Origin: a virus
Strand: one strand, 5' to 3'
Length of the DNA stretch: 64,000 bases
Virus record (IMG/VR): IMGVR_UViG_3300022602_000038
Span: 76,721-140,720 of that record
In this document: positions 58,419-64,000 of the stretch, one piece after another
Layout: the number at the start of each line of letters is the position of its first letter
Position numbering within the stretch: the stretch's first letter is position 1
The notes under the pieces: generated by a model
Databases searched by the model: none
Seen by the model: only the letters and a program-made list of their open reading frames with translations
What the model was told of the DNA's origin: nothing
Translations under genes and position numbers: made by a program

Positions 58419-59832
58419 AGAATTCTTTTCGTTTTTGAAAGTGTTTTTTGCCGTATACTAAATTATCTACGATATCAATAATAGTTAATACACTCTTATT
58501 TTCATTTGTACGTAAACCGCGGCCAATAGATTGTAAAGTCTTTATTTTCGACTTACCGCCTGCAGCAAAGATAATATAGTGTATATTTTTAATAGAAATA
58601 CCTGTAGAGAATATTTTACTTATAGCTATACACACAATATTATCATGTTGTTCCATTAATTGTTGTATTTTCAATCTATCTTCTACTTCTACACTACCTT
58701 GAATAAAAAATACTTGCTTATCTTTTAAATTAGTGGATAGTTTATCATACAGTTTCTCTCCATGTGCAATATGATCAATTAATATAAGACAATTGTTCTT
58801 AAACTTATCAATTACTTTACTTATAAGAAGGTTTCTAAAATCACTATTATGAATAAATTCTAACTCTGTTAAGTAACGCTGAGAAGCTGAAACTTCATTA
58901 TAATCTGGCTTAACATTGTATTCAATGTTTAATGCTAAAGCTTGAGCGTTAGCTATATATTTTCCACCAGCTGTTTCTCTTAATTCAGTAGTAGTCTTTT
59001 TAAAGATTACCGGTCCGATGTAATTGTTTATGTTCCATTTATCGATATTATTTTCTGGTAATGTTCCTGTAAACCCAATACGTCTCAATGTAGGAATTTT
59101 ATCAATTAACTTACAAACTTTATTACCTCTACGTAACTTATGGCACTCATCTACAACTAACAAGCCTGCTTTGTTGAACCAAGTAATATCTGACTGTTTA
59201 CTTTGTAAAATACCCATATTAGCAATGATAACACGGGCATTAGGGTCTAATTCAGAGTCTCCAGTCCACTTGCTTACTATTTCCATAGGAAAGTTGTAAG
59301 ATGTAAAGTCTTTAAATGTTTGGGAAACTAAACCTAAATCAGGAACAACTATTAGTATTTTTTCTGTAGGCTCTATGTGATGTAACGCAGCATATACTAA
59401 ATTAGCAATAATTAAGGTTTTACCACCACCAGTTGCTAGTTCAACCACTCCGTAACCTTTATCTAATGCATTGTTAATAGCTATCTGCTGGTAATCTCTA
59501 AGCTCAAAATTACTTTTAAGTTTTTTTACAAGTTCATCTAAACCCGGCCCAACTATATGAGTTTTCCGTACTATATCACTATATTCCTGGTTTGTTTTAA
59601 TTTCAAATGGTATAGCCTGGGTTTTAAGATAATCTATAATCTCTGGTACTAACCCGATACCGCAATAACCTGAATTTGTTATAGCATATATACGTTGAGG
59701 TAGAAATCTCTGATACCGATTAAAACGTGCAGCAGCATTCTTTACACTAAAATGTTCTTTAATGTTGCTGAGGTAATCTGATACTATTTTTACCTCTTTA
59801 CGTTTCGGATCATAATTAAACTCAACTACCAT
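58369..59832 (-). CDS. uvsW: SF2 helicase UvsW
   Basis: LRDYQ, ATGGGKT, DECH, GFTGT, FSTGISI, QSIGRGLR. Confidence 0.95.
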   Translation of the reverse strand: MVVEFNYDPKRKEVKIVSDYLSNIKEHFSVKNAAARFNRYQRFLPQRIYAITNSGYCGIGLVPEIIDYLKTQAIPFEIKTNQEYSDIVRKTHIVGPGLDELVKKLKSNFELRDYQQIAINNALDKGYGVVELATGGGKTLIIANLVYAALHHIEPTEKILIVVPDLGLVSQTFKDFTSYNFPMEIVSKWTGDSELDPNARVIIANMGILQSKQSDITWFNKAGLLVVDECHKLRRGNKVCKLIDKIPTLRRIGFTGTLPENNIDKWNINNYIGPVIFKKTTTELRETAGGKYIANAQALALNIEYNVKPDYNEVSASQRYLTELEFIHNSDFRNLLISKVIDKFKNNCLILIDHIAHGEKLYDKLSTNLKDKQVFFIQGSVEVEDRLKIQQLMEQHDNIVCIAISKIFSTGISIKNIHYIIFAAGGKSKIKTLQSIGRGLRTNENKSVLTIIDIVDNLVYGKKHFQKRKEFYDLENIQTTIKQINES

Positions 59833-60233
59833 TACGTCGTTTCCAGTTTTTGTAGGTCAATTACATTTTTACAATCAAATGTAAGTGAGCTTGTGAGTTT
59901 TTCTACCTTTTCAAGATACTCTATTAAGGTTTCAAGCTTTTCTATACATTCAGAAAGCTTAATAATGTCAGGGTTGTTAAAGGTAGCTTGATCAACAGCT
60001 TGTTTACTAAGTGCAACAGGTTGATTGGCTGATATAGCTCTAATAGCTTTCTTTTTAGCATCAGCGAATTTTTTAAGTTGTGATTTATGTATCATCATCC
60101 TAGCTACCCATTTGTGCTTTATAGTGGGTATAATCATAGCTTTATCTTTTAAGGATAATTCATCAACCCTTATATCCTGTACTATCTCGTTTTGATAGTT
60201 AGTAAAAATTTGATCAAAGTCTGGTAGCTCCAT
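59832..60233 (-). CDS. uvsY: Recombination mediator UvsY-like
   Basis: Helical 133-aa protein (MELPDF...) immediately upstream of uvsW; P..KHKW motif. Confidence 0.6.
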   Translation of the reverse strand: MELPDFDQIFTNYQNEIVQDIRVDELSLKDKAMIIPTIKHKWVARMMIHKSQLKKFADAKKKAIRAISANQPVALSKQAVDQATFNNPDIIKLSECIEKLETLIEYLEKVEKLTSSLTFDCKNVIDLQKLETT

Positions 60234-60275
60234 ATTTAACTGTATAAGTATAACGTATATTACAAAAAATTCAAC

Positions 60276-60548
60276 ATGAAAAGATTCAATCAAAGGGTAA
60301 AAGAAATATTAGAAGATGCAGGTTTAGGTATGACTACTACCACTGCAGGATTAGCTAATACAAACCCGCCTGGTAATATTGGTCAAAGTGGTCCTAGTGT
60401 ATATGGCCCGCCTGATGATGCTCGTAATCTTTTTGGTACAGAGGTAGAAAAACCTAAAAAGAAAAGCAAATTTAAAGCACCTAAAAAAAATCCTGGGTTT
60501 AAGACACCGTTTAAAATGATCCGTAGAACATTACCAAAATCTTTGTAA
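60276..60548 (+). CDS. Hypothetical protein (basic C-terminus; possible internal head protein)
   Basis: MKRFNQRVKEILE; TAAGTA at 60245. Confidence 0.65.
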   Translation: MKRFNQRVKEILEDAGLGMTTTTAGLANTNPPGNIGQSGPSVYGPPDDARNLFGTEVEKPKKKSKFKAPKKNPGFKTPFKMIRRTLPKSL

Positions 60549-60558
60549 ATCCTTACAA

Positions 60559-61053
60559 ATGGATTTAGGTCATTGGCAAACTACCCTTTCTATCGACAGT
60601 AACAATCTCCCTTACGGTTTTATTTATATTATTACCAATACGGTTAATGGTAAAAAATATATCGGTAAAAAACAAATCAAAACGGTCAAAAAGTTAAAAC
60701 CTTTAAAAGGTAAAAAAAATAAAAGGCATTTTGAAATAGAAACAGATTGGAAAACTTATACATCTTCTTCAAATGATGTTAACGAAGATATAATAAAACA
60801 CGGTAAAGATAAGTTTATATTTGAAATAGTAAAGTTTTGTCAAAGTAAATTTGAATTAGCTTATTATGAAGCTAAATTACAATTTGATAATGATGTACTA
60901 TTAAAAGAAGGATTCTACAATGGTATTATAAATTGTAGAATGGGTAGAGCGCCAAATGCTTTACTTAAAAATTTGCTTGACTTAAAACTAGCAGCTCCTA
61001 GTATATTGTTAAATGAAAACCCAAAAAATAGCCCTAAATCTAATAGTAGTTGA
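60559..61053 (+). CDS. GIY-YIG endonuclease
   Basis: GFIYIITN..NGKKYIGKK, W..Y.SS, E, FYN. Confidence 0.85.
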   Translation: MDLGHWQTTLSIDSNNLPYGFIYIITNTVNGKKYIGKKQIKTVKKLKPLKGKKNKRHFEIETDWKTYTSSSNDVNEDIIKHGKDKFIFEIVKFCQSKFELAYYEAKLQFDNDVLLKEGFYNGIINCRMGRAPNALLKNLLDLKLAAPSILLNENPKNSPKSNSS

Positions 61054-61504
61054 TTTTGAAACTACAGCAAGGGATGTTTTAAATTGGTATTATACGGATT
61101 TAAATAATGTTTATGGTTTAGATGAAAGTAGTATAACTACTAGAGATAAAAGTAAAATGCTACTCTATTTTACTTTAGAAACCGTTACAAAAATCCAAAA
61201 AGATCTTAACAATTACAAAAATACAATATTTTACATTAACAAAAATGCTAACATAGATCAAGACGTTATTAATAAGTTGTTATACATTGCAAAGTCAATA
61301 CCTATACCAATATATCAGGATACTGTAGATTTTAATGTATTATCGGATAAAACAGGGGAAACAATTGAACTAACAAATAATATAAAACAATACCGTTTTA
61401 ATTTTGATTTCAGCAAGTATTCCCAAAGAAAAATAAAACTCTTCTTTGAAAAACATAAAACTAATTCCAAGAACCCAGCTCTAAAAATCCCCTCCTATAT
61501 ATAA
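61013..61504 (+). CDS. Hypothetical protein
   Basis: 163 aa; TTGACT-type promoter inside the upstream gene. Confidence 0.65.
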   Translation: MKTQKIALNLIVVDFETTARDVLNWYYTDLNNVYGLDESSITTRDKSKMLLYFTLETVTKIQKDLNNYKNTIFYINKNANIDQDVINKLLYIAKSIPIPIYQDTVDFNVLSDKTGETIELTNNIKQYRFNFDFSKYSQRKIKLFFEKHKTNSKNPALKIPSYI

Positions 61505-61515
61505 TAATAATAATT

Positions 61516-61662
61516 ATATAAGGTGAGCGAAGCGAACCTATAAAAGGCTGACAAGCCTTTAAGCCCGCAAGGGCTTTTTAATTCATATTATGGAGGAATG
61601 TGAATATAGTACTTCAACCTCTATCTCCTGGTATTATATTAAGAGTATCCAGAAAAAATCAA
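61516..61662. other. Hairpin array plus leftward sigma70-like promoter; candidate origin or ncRNA; third hairpin may also be a + strand terminator
   Basis: aggt-gaGCGAAGCga-acct, aaaggc-tgacaa-gccttt, aagccc-gcaa-gggctt-ttt, gagg..tgaa/ttca..cctc; TTGATT-18-TATAAT on minus strand at 61662-61633. Confidence 0.5.
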
Positions 61663-61705
61663 GAGTATGTCTTTTAAAAATGTTGTAAGCTAGTAAATAT
61701 AACAA

Positions 61706-62044
61706 ATGGACAAGTTTTACGAAGGTTTTAAAACAAACAGTAAGTTTCTTAAGCTTATTGAACAATATGCCAGTAATTTATCTGGTCAACCTACATCTTC
61801 CGGTGCAAATCCAGGCGCGAACCCTGGTACTGCATTAACTCAACCTCAACCTACTGCTCAAACACAAGCAACAAGTACTGCCCAACAACAAGCTACTGCA
61901 GCAGCTGTAAAGAAAGCAGCAGATGCACAAAAACAAGCAGCTAAAGCAGAACTTCAAACCTTACAACAAACAAGTCAACAGAGAATTAAAGCATTACAAA
62001 ACTTCTTAGCTGGTAAAGGTCCTTACGTACCACCATCTCAATAA
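61706..62044 (+). CDS. Q/A/P-rich hypothetical protein (possible internal head protein)
   Basis: TAAATA at 61694; N-terminal FLKLIEQY. Confidence 0.65.
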   Translation: MDKFYEGFKTNSKFLKLIEQYASNLSGQPTSSGANPGANPGTALTQPQPTAQTQATSTAQQQATAAAVKKAADAQKQAAKAELQTLQQTSQQRIKALQNFLAGKGPYVPPSQ

Positions 62045-62054
62045 AACAAATAAC

Positions 62055-62393
62055 ATGAGCAAATTTAATAAAAAGATAAACGAAATATATTACGGTATAT
62101 TAGGAGAAGCTGGAGAACAACCTGGTTTAGATCAAACTGGCGGGCCGCAGCAAGATCCTAACGCTCCAGCACCAGCTCCTGCTCCTGCTGCAGCACCAGC
62201 CCCTGCTCCAGAAGAACCTCAACCAATGACACCTGAAGGTAAAAAGTTTTTGGTTGAATTAGCATTAAAGTGCTTAGCAGTCAATCCAGATACAATTAGC
62301 CAGGCAGATAAAGCTATTTTTGATACACACGTTACTACTTCTAATGCCGATGAAGTAGAAAAAAGAATTAAAGATATAGTAGAAGGTCTTTAA
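62055..62393 (+). CDS. Pro/Ala-repeat hypothetical protein (possible internal head protein)
   Basis: MSKFNKKINE...ILGE; (AP)n linker. Confidence 0.7.
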   Translation: MSKFNKKINEIYYGILGEAGEQPGLDQTGGPQQDPNAPAPAPAPAAAPAPAPEEPQPMTPEGKKFLVELALKCLAVNPDTISQADKAIFDTHVTTSNADEVEKRIKDIVEGL

Positions 62394-62929
62394 AGGTAAT
62401 AAAACTTATGGTGACCTACAGTCACTGTTTCGTATCCTTTGTCAACTAAATCTTTTACCCAGTAAGGCTGTATTTTTGTAGTGTGATAGTATGTAGCGCC
62501 GTTTGTGTGATTGGTAAGTGGTGCTTGTAGTATCTGTATAGCTAAATCCCATCTAGATTTAAAATGTGGATCGTGTTTAGCTTTTTTAATAGCTGCATCT
62601 ACACCTGCATTGAAACATGAAAATTGTTTATGAGCGGTAACTATGTCGTAGAGTGATTTATGTTGTTTTTCAGCTCTATTATGTATAACTTCATTTACTG
62701 CTTCCATACCGGTTCTACCCTCACCAGCTGCTTCCAATACAATACATGCAACTACAGCTTCAACTCTACGCATTTGATCTTTTTTAGCAAAATCCGCAAA
62801 ACTATAAGCAGGTTTGTCAACGGTTTGTACATGAGCTGGGGGTGGTACTACAAACTCAATTGGAGGGATAGCTTCGTTGAGAATCATATTAAAAGTTTCA
62901 TTAAAAGAGCTTTTCCTGTCGTTTTGCAT
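62390..62929 (-). CDS. SleB-like cell wall hydrolase (Hydrolase_2)
   Basis: EAAGE...GM.AV..VI.NR, QFSC.N, T.GATYYH, PYW, VGHHKFY. Confidence 0.9.
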   Translation of the reverse strand: MQNDRKSSFNETFNMILNEAIPPIEFVVPPPAHVQTVDKPAYSFADFAKKDQMRRVEAVVACIVLEAAGEGRTGMEAVNEVIHNRAEKQHKSLYDIVTAHKQFSCFNAGVDAAIKKAKHDPHFKSRWDLAIQILQAPLTNHTNGATYYHTTKIQPYWVKDLVDKGYETVTVGHHKFYYL

Positions 62930-62965
62930 TTATTTATACTTATCGTTAACTAAGTACTAATAAAC

Positions 62966-63322
62966 GTGAAACTAAAGTACCGTAATAAAATATATAATAG
63001 CGAAAGAATACCATTATTTTTATATTTTAAAAGCAGCTCAGCACGTAAAGAGTTTGCAAACGTACTTTTAAAGTATGAAAAACTAAACGAATTTAAACAA
63101 TTTAATCTTGTACATTCAATATTAGCTGGAAATACAGTTATTAAGGATAAAAGAGCACCTATCTTTTTTTCTATAGATACAAAAGAAGAAAGAGGTGTAC
63201 TAATAAAAGGACTGTTTATAGTAGAAGATGAAGACAGTAATGCAATGTTATGTACACCACCCGACATTAAAGAAGAGATACTACAAGATTGGATAGAAAA
63301 ATACTTGGATAAGCTTAAATAG
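62966..63322 (+). CDS. Hypothetical protein
   Basis: 118 aa, GTG start after TAAGTA at 62951. Confidence 0.6.
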   Translation: MKLKYRNKIYNSERIPLFLYFKSSSARKEFANVLLKYEKLNEFKQFNLVHSILAGNTVIKDKRAPIFFSIDTKEERGVLIKGLFIVEDEDSNAMLCTPPDIKEEILQDWIEKYLDKLK

Positions 63323-63359
63323 CGGTTGAATTTTAAGTTTTTTGTGTTACTATACGTAT

Positions 63360-63824
63360 ATGGGCAAATATACGTCTACAAAAGTAATTCCGTTAGGTTC
63401 TTGTGCATTTCGTCAACCTTTCGCAAAAAGCCATTGTCGGTTATTACATGGTTACCGTTTACAAGCTAAATTTTGGTTTGAATGTAATGAACTAGATGAA
63501 AATAACTGGGTAGTAGATTTCGGTGGTCTTAAAGGTCTTAAGTCTTCTTTAGAAGAAACATTTGATCATACAACTTGTGTATGGATTAAAGACCCAGAAA
63601 TAGATACCTTTAAAGATCTACATACTAAAGGTATAGTTGATCTTAGAACTTTTACTGACGGGGTGGGTATTGAAAAGTTTGCACAGTTTTGTTATAACCA
63701 AGCAAATTTATATGTAAAAGGTTTAACTAAAGAAAGATGCTGGTGTTCTAAAGTAGAGGTATGGGAACATGAAGGCAATAGTGCATGCTATGAAACAATT
63801 TATAACGGTGAGTGGAAAAGTTAA
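63360..63824 (+). CDS. queD: 6-carboxytetrahydropterin synthase QueD
   Basis: SHCRLLHGY, WVVDFG, FDH, VEVWE; start taken at MGKYTS. Confidence 0.9.
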   Translation: MGKYTSTKVIPLGSCAFRQPFAKSHCRLLHGYRLQAKFWFECNELDENNWVVDFGGLKGLKSSLEETFDHTTCVWIKDPEIDTFKDLHTKGIVDLRTFTDGVGIEKFAQFCYNQANLYVKGLTKERCWCSKVEVWEHEGNSACYETIYNGEWKS

Positions 63825-63845
63825 TTATCTATAATATAATAAAAT

Positions 63846-64000
63846 ATGAGCGAAATTAATTCTAATAAAACCCTATTCTTATCTGATGATTTTGTATTCT
63901 ATACACTAGAAGGAGAAGGTCGTTATATTGGTTACCCTTCAGTGTTTATGAGATTATCAATGTGTAATCTCACATGTATTGGTTTTAAGAGTGAGGATGC
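63846..64000 (+). CDS. queE: 7-carboxy-7-deazaguanine synthase QueE (radical SAM), 3'-truncated
   Basis: Manual translation MSEINSNK...FYTLEGEGRYIGYPSVFMRLSMCNLTC. Confidence 0.9.
   Translation, partial: MSEINSNKTLFLSDDFVFYTLEGEGRYIGYPSVFMRLSMCNLTCIGFKSED

Noticed and set aside
61590-61688. 32-codon + strand ORF (MEECEYS...)
   Set aside because: Overlaps hairpins and the antisense promoter, follows a terminator and has no supporting signals

Overview
AT-rich fragment of a large T4-related (myovirus, possibly jumbo) phage genome read with the standard genetic code. Layout: (1) 1-11.6 kb, + strand tail tube, baseplate, tape-measure and spike genes. (2) 11.7-18.5 kb, a self-contained five-gene glycosylation/carbamoylation cassette: two GT60/Gnt1-like GlcNAc transferases, two HtrL/YibB-like proteins and a NodU/CmcH carbamoyltransferase. 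(3) 18.5-34.7 kb, accessory region: an outer-membrane beta-barrel, three flavin halogenase-like genes, tRNA-Glu/Ile2/Tyr, a tmRNA with a 28-aa tag, an unassigned ~104-nt structured RNA, methyltransferases, 2OG-Fe(II) oxygenases, an NDT-like protein, a ClpP-like protein and FolE2. (4) 35-60.3 kb, - strand T4-like replication/recombination core (gp45, gp32, gp41, UvsX, gp43, gp46/47, gp55, UvsW, UvsY). Inserted in it are a 7-deazaguanine DNA-modification module (TGT/DpdA-like protein, formyltransferase, kinase, QueF) and a probable GDP-colitose/fucose glycan island that splits gp47 from gp46. (5) 60.3-64 kb, GIY-YIG nuclease, hairpin array, probable internal head proteins, SleB hydrolase, QueD and the start of QueE. 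All functional calls come from motif recognition and synteny by eye; no database search or folding program was run.
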